From: Ostrea edulis
Lineage: Eukaryota
DNA: 64,000 bases
Reading direction: 5' to 3'
NCBI RefSeq assembly: GCF_947568905.1
Contig: NC_079170.1
Coordinates: 54,002,001 to 54,066,000, forward strand
The notes beneath the pieces are model-generated. The model was not told the origin of the DNA. It saw only the letters and a program-made list of their open reading frames with translations, and did not search any database. The position numbers and the translations under genes are program-made. Shown here piece after piece: positions 14,601 through 26,978 of the stretch. The stretch's first letter is position 1. Every line of letters starts with the position of its first letter.

Positions 14601-15130
14601 TTTGTGTGTACATGGCAACAGACTCTGAATGGCGTCGATCCACATACGAGGTTCATTTGTGGTTACGGAAATAGCCGAGTAGTTACGATTGTCTACGACA
14701 AACCGCGCGCGCATAAATTTGACGCATGTGATTTTTTTTAATAATATCACCTGTTGCTAGATACTATCACCCTGGAGCGCACGCTTTCTGTTCTCAGAGG
14801 GTACAAATATGTTTTTTCAAATGCTTCTTGACCAATCAGATTCGAGTATTTTACATGAAAGTATAATAACTATCATTATCACCTCGCACATTTTGGATCA
14901 GTTCATTGGACGAATAGGACGTGTCCTGATGCACTCCTTAGCAAGTCCAAAACAATAAGATAGGAGTTTGCGGTGTAAATACGTTTGAAGATTTAGTGCA
15001 TGTTTGATACTAGTGTTTTCCTATATGTTTAGCCATCTTATCTAAACATTTTCGTTTGTCCTGAGGAATTGGTAGGTCGTCCGGAAAATTTGACAATATG
15101 ATTTTTCGTGTTGTTGGTCATTTTAGTGAT

Positions 15131-15192
<62 letters not shown>

Positions 15193-15371
15193 TATAATGA
15201 TGAATGGTATAAGAAATGTCAGTTATAACATGTCATTGTTGTTCATCTCTTTCTTCACAGATTATGGAAAGAAAATGGATGGAGGTTAAAAACAAGAAAT
15301 ATTTAGAGAACAGGGATGATCGGGAGAGACTAAAATTGGAGCCTATTAACTGGAATCGGACATTACATTGA
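11641..15371 (+). CDS. Paralogous terminal exon pair 12951..13140 and 15261..15371, joined either to exon 3757..4085 (alternative isoform) or to micro-exon 11641..11666 (108-aa protein MEEKYRVNKPLFLSVLK...PINWNRTLH)
   Basis: Sites gtctag|A, GAG|gtaata and cttcacag|ATT. Exon lengths 190 and 111 nt are identical to exons 2 and 3 of the upstream gene, with about 43/100 aa identity and no gaps. The micro-exon ends AA|GTAAGT in the matching phase 2. Confidence 0.8.
11905..12860. repeat. About 30-bp degenerate minisatellite (gtaagtatctagacctctgtttctctcctt)
   Basis: Repeated unit directly visible; decays toward 12860; explains the ORF at 12148-12420. Confidence 0.9.
13596..13856 (+). mobile_element. 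SINE-like short interspersed repeat (second, split copy at 43106-45019)
   Basis: Shares gatccgggttag...cttgcttgtcgtaagaggcga...ccgtaagcgc...ctccatatgagtgaaa...caatca with 43106-43200 plus 44879-45019, and ends in a (caat)-type tail. Confidence 0.75.
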
Positions 15372-16015
15372 TATTGTATCTAGATAAATCGTATTGAAAC
15401 GGGATAGAAGCCAATGTCTACGGAGCCTTGTGCATTATACAGTTTTTTTCCTTTCGACCCCAAATATTAGTTTTAGAGGACAGTTGCAATGGTTTTCCTG
15501 CAGAACAATTTTGCCCACTTAAATTTTTAAATCTCTTAGCAAAACAGTATGCTAGCCACATTTGTATATACCGGGTAAATGAATGCGGTGTAAAAGGATG
15601 TACACGGATCACATATACCAGGACAGTTATCATTATATAAATTATAGATACAAGTTAGGTGAACGTACTACTGCACTCACGCTTTCTCAGTCAATATCCG
15701 TCAACAACTCACAATTCTACTGTATCCGAATCCTATCATCGTTTTTAAATCAACAAGTAATCCATTTAGACTGGTGATGTGTTTGCCTCGGCGTAGTAGC
15801 GATATTTTACATACCGCTATCACGTGATATCACGTGATATCTACGTAAACCTTTTGTTTTGTTGTTACATGTATTTGCTACACCTAATTAAATGTGAAAA
15901 TCATCTAGACAATGGTGAACATTTCTTCGTCATTGTAGTATACTGTATATGCAGAACTGTAAAAGCTGTCATGTTGACGTTTGATGTGTATATAGTGTCT
16001 GATACTGACCATGAC

Positions 16016-16453
16016 CAGGGGCGGATCCAGGAATTATAGTTACGGGGGGGGGGGCGCTATTTTATGAGGCAGGGGGTCTGGGGACCGCCTTGAGGTGAGA
16101 CCCAGGGGGCAAAGCACCCGGAAGCTCCTGGGTTAATTTACAGATTTTATAGGGCTTGAAATATGTCTCTCCTATTTAGTCATTTGTACTATTTTCTATC
16201 ATTTTTTATAAGGTGAAATTAATCAAATGACGCAAATTTTAGGGTTTTTCGAAACAATTAAGTTCTTCCAATAAAGTAATTCAAGAAATCAAAAGATTTT
16301 GTCATTTATTTCTCCGGGAGTACAAGAAATTATTGCTTCTTTTATCGTTTAGTACATTTTTCTAAACAAGATACCACGATTTACCTTAAATTTGAAAATT
16401 TTATGGGTGGTGGGGGTGGGGGTGGGGCTGCGCCCCCTCTAAATCCGCCACTG
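16016..16453. mobile_element. MITE with CAG(G/T)GGCGGAT terminal inverted repeats
   Basis: Left end CAGGGGCGGATCC, right end AAATCCGCCACTG. Target duplication unclear (atgac/gtgac). Confidence 0.6.
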
Positions 16454-17503
16454 GTGACGTCAGCCACGATTACATTCATGTATAACATGCAATATATAGT
16501 GACCTCCTAATTAAGATTTATTTAATGAAAATACTAGTATTCTGGAAGATTGTCAGACAGAATTGGGATATAGTAATAGAAAATCAATAATTGTAATTAG
16601 CAGTAATTACCGGGTAATACCCTCCCCCAAGTAATTGAATGTATTTGCTATTGAGATTATTTCCCATTACAAGTTGTTGAAAATATTTGCTACATTCATG
16701 TGAGTTTATTTTCAGTTACGAGTAATTGAATGTTTTTCTATTGAGGTTATTTTCAGCTAAAAATAATTGAATGTATTTGAATGCATGTGTAAACATGTCT
16801 GTAATTGCGAATAGATATTTCATTTACATTTTAATTGCATGCCTAAATCTCCCGAAAAGTGAAAATAGAAATTATTATAATCACAAACACATTGTTTCAT
16901 CACAACTTTGCTTTTTACTGCAAGAAATAAACTCGCCTGATCTATACAGCCCCTTAAAATTTTCTAAATCGTATAATTTTTTACAATTTGAACATTTCTA
17001 ATAATTTTTGATAAAATATCTACAAAACGAAATCGACAAACTGCATGTAAAATCAAGGTGAGAATTCATGTATATGTTATATGCAGTATCTGCAATTTCT
17101 ATTTGCAATTCTTTTCAGAAACTTGCTACATCTATAGGGATTTACTTTTTTCATACGATAATAACCCATAAAAAGACCTGCACCCCAAAATACCTTAATT
17201 ATCAGCCCATACTAATTAAACTTTGACAGTTTATTGAGATTCTGATTTAAGATTGTCTGTACTATTAATTTAATACAGTCAAGGAATATTTCGTTAAAGT
17301 GTGCAAATCTATCGGAGAATTATTGTGCAAGAATACACCCTGTACGTATTGAATGAGACTGTGTTCAGATGTACGAGTATTGAAGACATTTAACATTACA
17401 AAGGTAGACACAGGTCACTGCATGCTGGAAGAATTGTACGTCCCTTTAATTCCAAAGCAGATCTGACAGATAACACTGGAATAATGGGACAATTAAAAAT
17501 CCG

Positions 17504-18012
17504 ATGTTGATGATGTTGGTGATGTTGGTGATGATGGTGTTGATGATGTTAGTGATGGTGATGATGTTGGTGATGGTGGTAATGATGTTGGTGATGGTGA
17601 TGATGATGGTGATGATGTTGATGATGATGTTGGTGATGATGATGATGTTGATGTTGGTGANNNNNNNNNNNNNNNNNNNNNNNNNNNNNNNNNNNNNNNN
17701 NNNNNNNNNNNNNNNNNNNNNNNNNNNNNNNNNNNNNNNNNNNNNNNNNNNNNNNNNNNNNNNNNNNNNNNNNNNNNNNNNNNNNNNNNNNNNNNNNNNN
17801 NNNNNNNNNNNNNNNNNNNNNNNNNNNNNNNNNNNNNNNNNNNNNNNNNNNNNNNNNNNNNNNNNNNNNNNNNNNNNNNNNNNNNTGATGATGGTGTTGA
17901 TGATGTTGGTGATGATGGTGTTGATGATGTTGGTGATGATGGTGTTGATGATGTTGGTGATGATGGTGTTGATGATGTTGGTGATGATGGTGTTGATGAT
18001 GTTGGTGATGAT
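17504..18012. repeat. GAT/GTT/GGT trinucleotide-based simple repeat interrupted and followed by N gaps
   Basis: Directly visible; the 384-aa and 396-aa ORFs here are artefacts of the repeat and Ns. Confidence 0.95.
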
Positions 18013-18593
18013 NNNNNNNNNNNNNNNNNNNNNNNNNNNNNNNNNNNNNNNNNNNNNNNNNNNNNNNNNNNNNNNNNNNNNNNNNNNNNNNNNNNNNNNN
18101 NNNNNNNNNNNNNNNNNNNNNNNNNNNNNNNNNNNNNNNNNNNNNNNNNNNNNNNNNNNNNNNNNNNNNNNNNNNNNNNNNNNNNNNNNNNNNNNNNNNN
18201 NNNNNNNNNNNNNNNNNNNNNNNNNNNNNNNNNNNNNNNNNNNNNNNNNNNNNNNNNNNNNNNNNNNNNNNNNNNNNNNNNNNNNNNNNNNNNNNNNNNN
18301 NNNNNNNNNNNNNNNNNNNNNNNNNNNNNNNNNNNNNNNNNNNNNNNNNNNNNNNNNNNNNNNNNNNNNNNNNNNNNNNNNNNNNNNNNNNNNNNNNNNN
18401 NNNNNNNNNNNNNNNNNNNNNNNNNNNNNNNNNNNNNNNNNNNNNNNNNNNNNNNNNNNNNNNNNNNNNNNNNNNNNNNNNNNNNNNNNNNNNNNNNNNN
18501 NNNNNNNNNNNNNNNNNNNNNNNNNNNNNNNNNNNNNNNNNNNNNNNNNNNNNNNNNNNNNNNNNNNNNNNNNNNNNNNNAACAGGCTGTTTG

Positions 18594-19215
18594 CTACGGA
18601 AGCCGATAGGTGCCAGGGTATAGAATTGATTATTATTTATCCGGCGGCCGCCACTTAATTTATAAATGGCGGCTGCCAATTGCAAAATCCGTATCGCTGA
18701 GTGATTATTTTGGAAAGATTTAGAATAGTACACAAACACGCAGTATCGTTTTTCAAAGTGTATAGGGACATTCGAAGGAGAAATTGTCTTCTACAATTTG
18801 TTAACAAGCAGAAAAGGAACCTAAAATGTCCGTTTTGTCCAAACTTCGTACTCCTAAATTGGAGGGAGGGGGCTCCGTTCATCCTTCAATTGATCAGTTA
18901 ATTCATTATTACATTTTTACCATTCATTACTACCACCAAAAGAGTGGGATGGGGGCCAATCCGCCAATTAATCTTATTTCACTTGTGAAAATAATTTAGT
19001 TTGCATGTGAAAATAACAAAAATTGAACGTTGTCAAAAAAATGGAGGGTCAGCCCCGTGGTTCTACGTATTTAAGAGTACAATCGAAAAACAATAATTTA
19101 AAGCTCTTATATATATATATATATATATAACTATTTTAAAATGTAACGCCTGAGGATTATAAAATGAAAGCGCTTGCGTTAAATTTTTAACTTTGTGTAC
19201 TGTTTATTCTATTTC

Positions 19216-19259
<44 letters not shown>

Positions 19260-19640
19260 ATATACATATTACTAAGCATTGGGGAGGAATTGCACCCATT
19301 TCATTTTGAGAGAGAGATAGAGAAAGAGAGAGGAGTTGAATAACTGGGGACAGCCATATAAATGATTTAAATTGAGTGGCGGCCGCCATATAAATTAAGT
19401 GGCGGCCGCCAGTTAATTCATCTGGCGGCCACCATATAATTAACTGGCAGCCGCCAGATAAATTAAATGGCGGCCGCCAGTTAAATTAAGTGGCGGGCGC
19501 CACATAAGTTAAGTGACGGTCGCCAGATAATAAGTGGCGGCCGCCAGTTAAATTAAGTCGCGGCCGCCACATAAATTAAGTGGCGACCACCAGTTAAATA
19601 AATATTAATTCTACACCCTGGCACCTATCGGCTTCCGTAG
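18594..19640. mobile_element. Non-autonomous DNA transposon with 34-bp TIRs, 4-bp TSD (TTTG) and subterminal GGCGGCCGCC arrays
   Basis: CTACGGAAGCCGATAGGTGCCAGGGTRTAGAATT is inverted at both ends with one mismatch. TTTG at 18590-18593 and 19641-19644. Confidence 0.85.
19144..19181 (+). ncRNA. Minimal type I hammerhead ribozyme-like motif of the Penelope pLTR kind, with degenerate stem II
   Basis: TAACGC-CTGAGGA-ttataaaat-GAAA-GCGCT-T-GCGTTA: perfect 6-bp stem I, both core boxes and a palindromic stem III (AGCGCT). It sits in a short insert between two (TA)n runs. Confidence 0.55.
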
Positions 19641-19775
19641 TTTGCCGCTATACATTAATTAAACTCGTGTATTTGTGAATGTAATCAGTGTTCATTATCA
19701 AGACATTTTTTTGGAAATGAATTCTAAGTAATTAAAAAGTATTAAGAAAAGGAGTTGATGTAACCAATCACATTC

Positions 19776-20071
19776 GTGAATAGCAGCGTGATTGTAATTC
19801 ATTGAAGGCATTGTGAATAGCAGCGTGATTGTAATTCATTGAAGGCATTGTGAATAGCAGCGTGATTGTAATTCATTGAAGGCATTGTGAATAGCAGCGT
19901 GATTGTAATTCATTGAAGGCATTGTGAATAGCAGCGTGATTGTAATTCATTGAAGGCATTGTGAATAGCAGCGTGATTGTAATTCATTGAAGGCATTGTG
20001 AATAGCAGCGTGATTGTAATTCATTGAAGGCATTGTGAATAGCAGCGTGATTGTGATTCATTGAAGGCATT
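19776..20071. repeat. 37-bp tandem repeat, 8 copies, near-perfect
   Basis: Unit gtgaatagcagcgtgattgtaattcattgaaggcatt; 296 bp = 8 x 37; no spacers. Confidence 0.97.
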
Positions 20072-20446
20072 GCAATTGAAAATATTTAATCACATTACAA
20101 AATAATTTCAAGAATCCATTTCAAGTCATGACAGGAAGAAAACTTCGTTAATTGCTAGAATGTACATATTAATAAAAAAAATCCAACTTTTATGGAAATT
20201 AACAAAAAATATGCATTTACCAATACAATGTTGTCAATTGTCCCAAGTCATCAACTATTAATACCTCAAGCTACGATCACCACACATGAAAAAATCTACA
20301 TGTACCTTATGAAGTCGAGTAGACAATCAATAGTGTAATTTATGAAAAGCGTTTACTCTACCGTTCATCATTAAAAGATATTTGGAACTTTTGAAAGACA
20401 TAAAGTATGATGAAGACAAGTTATAGTATCGCGCTCAAAATCACAC

Positions 20447-20671
20447 GGCCTTTCACATCTGGTCAGTGCGGGTTCGCCTTTCACATCTGGTCGGTGCGGG
20501 TTCGAATTCCGCTCGCTCCGGTAAGTGAGAAAGTTTCCCAGTTTACTTTCAAGTCGGTGGTCTCTTCCCATGTACATTGTATCTGGGTTCTCTCTTCCAC
20601 CAACAAAATACTGGGTGCCACCAGATAACTGAAAAATTGTTGAGTGTGGCGGAAAATATCAAAACAAACAA
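20447..20671 (+). mobile_element. tRNA-derived SINE remnant
   Basis: Pol III B-box GGTTCGAATTCC near 20499-20510, a locally duplicated head segment, and an A-rich tail (aaaacaaacaa). Confidence 0.65.
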
Positions 20672-20774
20672 TTTATTCCCTTAGTAAACCGCCTGATGCA
20701 TTATTGGTCTTTTTGGTGATTGAGGTTTTTGAGGTACTGTATGGCTTTACATCCTCTAGTTTAAACTCCAATTT

Positions 20775-20914
20775 CCTCATACTGATTATCTCATTATCAT
20801 TTCACAGCACCTCATACTGATTATTTCACTATCATTTCTCAGCACCTCATACTGATTATTTCACTTCCATTTTTCAACACCTCATATTGACTATTTCACT
20901 ATCATTTCTTAGCA
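20775..20914. repeat. 35-bp tandem repeat x4
   Basis: Unit cctcatactgattatttcactatcatttctcagca with variants. Confidence 0.9.
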
Positions 20915-21020
20915 CCTGTCGGTTGGTAGTTCCTACTAAATCTATTAGCGTATTGAGAATGATAACAATAAGTGAAAGCCGATTGAACGTCAACATACAG
21001 ATAAATAAAGACCTCACAAA

Positions 21021-24000
21021 GACGTTACAATACAACAGACAGAGACGTTATAATACAACAGACAGAGACGTTATAATATAACAGACAGAGATGTTATAAT
21101 ACAACAGACAGAGACGTAACAATACAACAGACAGAGACGTTACAATACAACAGAGACGTTACAATACAACAGACAGAGACGTTTGAAACAGAGACGTTAT
21201 AATACAACAGACAGAGACGTTATAATACAACAGACAGAGACGTTATAATATAACAGACAGAGATGTTATAATACAACAGACAGAGACGTAACAATACAAC
21301 AGACAGAGACGTTACAATACAACAGACAGAGACGTTATAATACAACAGACAGAGACGTTACAATACAACAGACAGAGACGTTACAATACAACAGACAGAG
21401 ACGTTACAATACAACAGACAGAGACGTTACAATACAACAGACAGAGACGTTACAATACAACAGACAGAGACGTTTGAAACAGAGACGTTATAATACAACA
21501 GACAGAGACGTTATAATACAACAGACAGAGACGTTATAATATAACAGACAGAGACGTTATAATACAACAGACAGAGACGTAACAATACAACAGACAGAGA
21601 CGTTACAATACAATAGACAGAGACGTTACAATACAACAGACAGTGACGTTACAATACAACAGACAGAGACGTTATAATACAACAGACAGAGATGTTACAA
21701 TACAACAGACAGAGACGTTATAATACAACAGACAGAGACGTTATAATATAACAGACAGAGACGTTATAATACAACAGACAGAGACGTTACAATACAACAG
21801 ACAGAGACGTTACAATGCAACAGACAGAGACGTTACAATGCAACAGACAGAGACGTTATAATACAACAGACAGAGACGTTACAATACAACAGACAGAGAC
21901 GTTATAATATAACAGACAGAGACGTTATAATATAATAGACAGAGACGTTATAATACAACAGACAGAGACGTAACAATACAACAGACAGAGACGTTACAAT
22001 ATAACAGACAGAGACGTTATAATATAACAGACAGAGACATTACAATAGAACAGACAGAGACGTTATAATACAACAGACAGAGACGTTATAATACAACAGA
22101 CAGAGACGTTATAATACAACAGACAGAGACGTTATAATACAACAGTCAGTGACGTTACAATACAACAGACAGAGACGTAGCAATACAACAGAGACGTTAC
22201 AATACAACAGACAGGGACGTTATAATACAACAGACAGAGACGTTACAATACAACAGAGACGTTACAATACAACAGACAGAGACGTTATAATACAACAGAC
22301 AGAGACGTTACAATACAACAGAGACGTTACAATACAACAGACAGAAACGTTATAATACAACGGACAGAGACGTAACAATACAACAGACAGAGACGTTACA
22401 ATATAACAGACAGAGACGTTATAATACAACAGACAAAGACATTATAATACAACAGACAGAGACGTTATAATACAACAGACAGAGACGTTATAATACAACA
22501 GACAAAGACGTTATAATATAACAGATAGAGACGTTACAATACAACAGACAGAGACGTAACAATACAACAGACAGAGACGTTACAATATAACAGACAGAGA
22601 CGTTATAATACAACAGACAAAGACGTTATAATACAACAGACAGAGACGTTATAATACAACAGACAAAGACGTTATAATACAACAGACAGAGACGTTACAA
22701 TACAACAGACAGAGACGTTACAATACAACAGACAGAGACGTTATAATACAACAGACAGAGACGTTACAATACAACAGACAGAGACGTAACAATACAACAG
22801 ACAGAGACGTTACAATACAACAGACAGAGCCGATATAATACAACAGAGACGTTACAATACAACAGACAGTGACGTTATAATACAAGAGACAGTGACGTTA
22901 CAATACAACAGACAGAGACGTTATAATACAACAGACAGAGACGTTACAATACAACAGACAAAGACGTTATAATATAACAGACAGACACGTTACAATACAA
23001 CAGACAGAGACGTTACAATACAACAGACAAAGACGTTATAATATAACAGACAGAGACGTTATAATAGAACAGACAGAGATGTTACAATACAACAGACAGT
23101 GACGTTATAATACAACAGACAGAGACGATACAATACAACAGACAGTGACGTTATAATACAACAGACAGAGACGTTATAATACAACAGACAGACACGTTAC
23201 AATACATCAGACAGAGACGTTACAATACAACAGACAGAGACGTTACAATACAACAGACAGAGACGTTACAATACAACAGACAGAGACGTTATAATACAAC
23301 AGACAGAGATGTTACAATACAACAGACAGAGACGTTATAATATAACAAACAGAGACGTTATAATACAACAGACAGAGACGTTATAATACAACAGACAGAG
23401 ACGTTATAATACAACAGACAGAGATGTTATAATACAACAGACAGAGACGTTATAATACAACAGACAGAGACGTTACAATACAACAGACAGAGACGTTACA
23501 ATACAACAGACAGAGACGTTACAATACAACAGACAGAGACGTTATAATACAACAGACAGAGACGTTATAATACAACAGACAGAGACGTTATAATACAACA
23601 GACAGAGACGTTATAATACAACAGACAGAGACGTTACAATACAACAGACAGAGACGTTACAATACAACAGACAGAGCCGATATAATACAACAGAGACGTT
23701 ACAATACAACAGACAGAGACGTTATAATATAACAGACAGAGACGTTACAATACAACAGACAAAGACGTTATAATACAACAGACAGATACGTTACATTACA
23801 ACAGACAGTGACGTTATAATACAACAGACAGTGACGTTACAATACAACAGACAGAGACGTTATAATACAACAGACAGAGACGTTACAATACAACAGACAG
23901 AGACGTTATAATATAACAAACAGAGACGTTACAATACAACAGACAGAGACGTTACAATACAACAGACAGAGACGTTATAATACAACAGACAGAGACGTTA

Positions 24001-25545
24001 CAATACAACAGACAAAGACGTTATAATATAACAGACAGACACGTTACAATACAACAGACAGAGACGTTACAATACAACAGACAAAGACGTTATAATATAA
24101 CAGACAGAGACGTTATAATACAACAGACAGAGATGTTACAATACAACAGACAGTGACGTTATAATACAACAGACAGAGACGTTACAATACAACAGACAGA
24201 GACGTTACAATACAACAGACAGAGACGTTACAATACAACAGACAGAGACGTTATAATACAACAGACAGAGACGTTATAATACAACAGACAGAGACGTTAT
24301 AATACAACAGACAGAGACGTTATAATACAACAGACAGAGACGTTACAATACAACAGACAGAGACGTTACAATACAACAGACAGAGCCGATATAATACAAC
24401 AGAGACGTTACAATACAACAGACAGAGACGTTATAATATAACAGACAGAGACGTTACAATACAACAGACAAAGACGTTATAATACAACAGACAGATACGT
24501 TACATTACAACAGACAGTGACGTTATAATACAACAGACAGTGACGTTACAATACAACAGACAGAGACGTTATAATACAACAGACAGAGACGTTACAATAC
24601 AACAGACAGAGACGTTATAATATAACAAACAGAGACGTTACAATACAACAGACAGAGACGTTACAATACAACAGACAGAGACGTTATAATACAACAGACA
24701 GAGACGTTACAATACAACAGACAAAGACGTTATAATATAACAGACAGACACGTTACAATACAACAGACAGAGACGTTACAATACAACAGACAAAGACGTT
24801 ATAATATAACAGACAGAGACGTTATAATACAACAGACAGAGATGTTACAATACAACAGACAGTGACGTTATAATACAACAGACAGAGACGATACAATACA
24901 ACAGACAGTGACGTTACAATACAACAGACAGAGACGTTACAATACAACAGACAGACACGTTACAATACAACAGACAGAGACGTTACAATACAACAGACAG
25001 AGACGTTACAATACAACAGACAGAGACGTTATAATACAACAGACAGAGACGTTATAATACAACAGACAGAGACGTTATAATACAACAGACAGAGACGTTA
25101 CAATACAACAGACAGAGCAGATATAATACAACAGAGACGTTACAATACAACAGACAGAGACGTTATAATATAACAGACAGAGACGTTACAATACAACAGA
25201 CAAAGACGTTATAATACAACAGACAGATACGTTACATTACAACAGACAGTGACGTTATAATACAACAGACAGTGACGTTACAATACAACAGACAGAGACG
25301 TTATAATACAACAGACAGAGACGTTACAATACAACAGACAGAGACGTTATAATATAACAAACAGAGATGTTACAATACAACAGACAGAGACGTTACAATA
25401 CAACAGACAGAGACGTTATAATACAACAGACAGAGACGTTATAATACAACAGACAGAGACATTACAATACAACAGACAGAGACGTTACAATACAACAGAC
25501 AGAGACGTTTGAAACAGAGACGTTACAATACAACAGACAGAAACT
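21021..25545. repeat. 23-bp satellite array of about 4.5 kb (about 195 copies) with higher-order repeats
   Basis: Unit atacaacagacagagacgtta(t/c)a; rare variant monomers recur at 709, 732 and 847 bp spacing. Confidence 0.97.
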
Positions 25546-26978
25546 TTACAACACAAGACCTGATAGAGCGGTTTAAAGATTAAAAACCCACGGAAATTGT
25601 TAAAAATTAAGACCCGGAAGAGACGGACATGATTCAAAGCTTCACCCCGAGAGTAGAGTGAAGAACCGACAGAGACAATTACGAATTAAGACCGGACAAG
25701 GACGGTTTTTAATCAAGAATCGGCTGAAAAGGGCCGATTACAAATCAAGATCTCACAAAACCGATTAATTCTTCGTGATTATTGTTATTTTAAAACTGTA
25801 AACTACAACAAATTAATGTGAATTGTGGTTATCTCTCTTTGACAATGCTATACTTTATATCCTGTATAACTCACTTCATAGTCACTTGTCTGTACAATAA
25901 TGTCTACAAGTTAAAAATAAAAAAAAACACACAAAAACACATACACTTTCATGAAAATTCATTTTTTTTTATTTTGTAAAACAGTTTATAAATAAGAATT
26001 ATTTTCATAAAAAAAATAACTTGTTCTGATTTCGTCACAGTACAGTGGTTTTGGAGTAAGCCGTAAATACTGCATAAATAACACGCTGATTGAAAACTTT
26101 AAACCTAAAAAACAGAAAATTGATAGATAACTTAGATTTATCTACTTTGAGCATTTCATTCTCAATCAACGTAATAAATATTATAAAAAATAATGAGATT
26201 ATTGATTAGGAATAAGATCATATTATAATCATGCAAAATCTACAATGGTTGAATAATAATTGAGAAACATTTATTCCGCGGATGTACTAAGTACATATAT
26301 GAAAAAATATGAACACAATATGAAACTTGGCATATCAACAAAACTTAAAGCAGTGCATGGAACAATTCTAAATGTTGGAAGACTGATTTCATACAATAGA
26401 AACAAAACACCACAAAATGCAGGGTTGTCCGAAGATTAACCGATTAAAATCAATAATTTAAACTCTTTGAATAGAGATGAGACAGAATGTCTCTGAAATT
26501 CCAAAACAATATTTGTAATTTTTTTTAAGCATTAAGGAGAAATTGTTGAGAAGACAAACGAATTATTGTGACTCATATTAACGAAATATTAGTACATTGA
26601 AGGTTCTCAGTCATATACATGTTCTAAAAGATCAAACTGTACAATAATATCTGTACTTATAAATCAACAATGATCATAGCCGAATGCATGCACTAAGATG
26701 ATAATGAATACATCAATATATGTAATTACTGAAAATATGAAAACTTTTCTCAGTGATATTGTTATACGGAAACAAATGATACGAATTAGTGAAGTTCGAA
26801 ACAACATATATATATATATACTTACATTACTTCATGTCTATAATAATACCAATTCACTGATCTTTAACAGAGTAATAATTCAACAGAATTTAGTGTGTGC
26901 TTTGTGATGCAAAACAATAAAATAAACCAAACCAAAGATGTATATATTTTACGTGGACTTCCGAGCGTAAGGTAACTC

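Noticed and set aside
15056-15096. Second hammerhead-like arrangement TTGTC-CTGAGGA...GAAA-ATT-T-GACAA
   Set aside because: No stem II adjacent to the core and stem III too short; likely chance.
17504-18739. 384-aa Met/Val-rich and 396-aa His/Gln-rich ORFs
   Set aside because: Products of a trinucleotide repeat and N gaps.
19776-20071. 37-bp repeats of CRISPR-like length
   Set aside because: Head-to-tail with no spacers, no cas genes, eukaryotic context.
20447-20520. tRNA gene suggested by the B-box
   Set aside because: No cloverleaf or acceptor stem; continues into a SINE body and A-rich tail.
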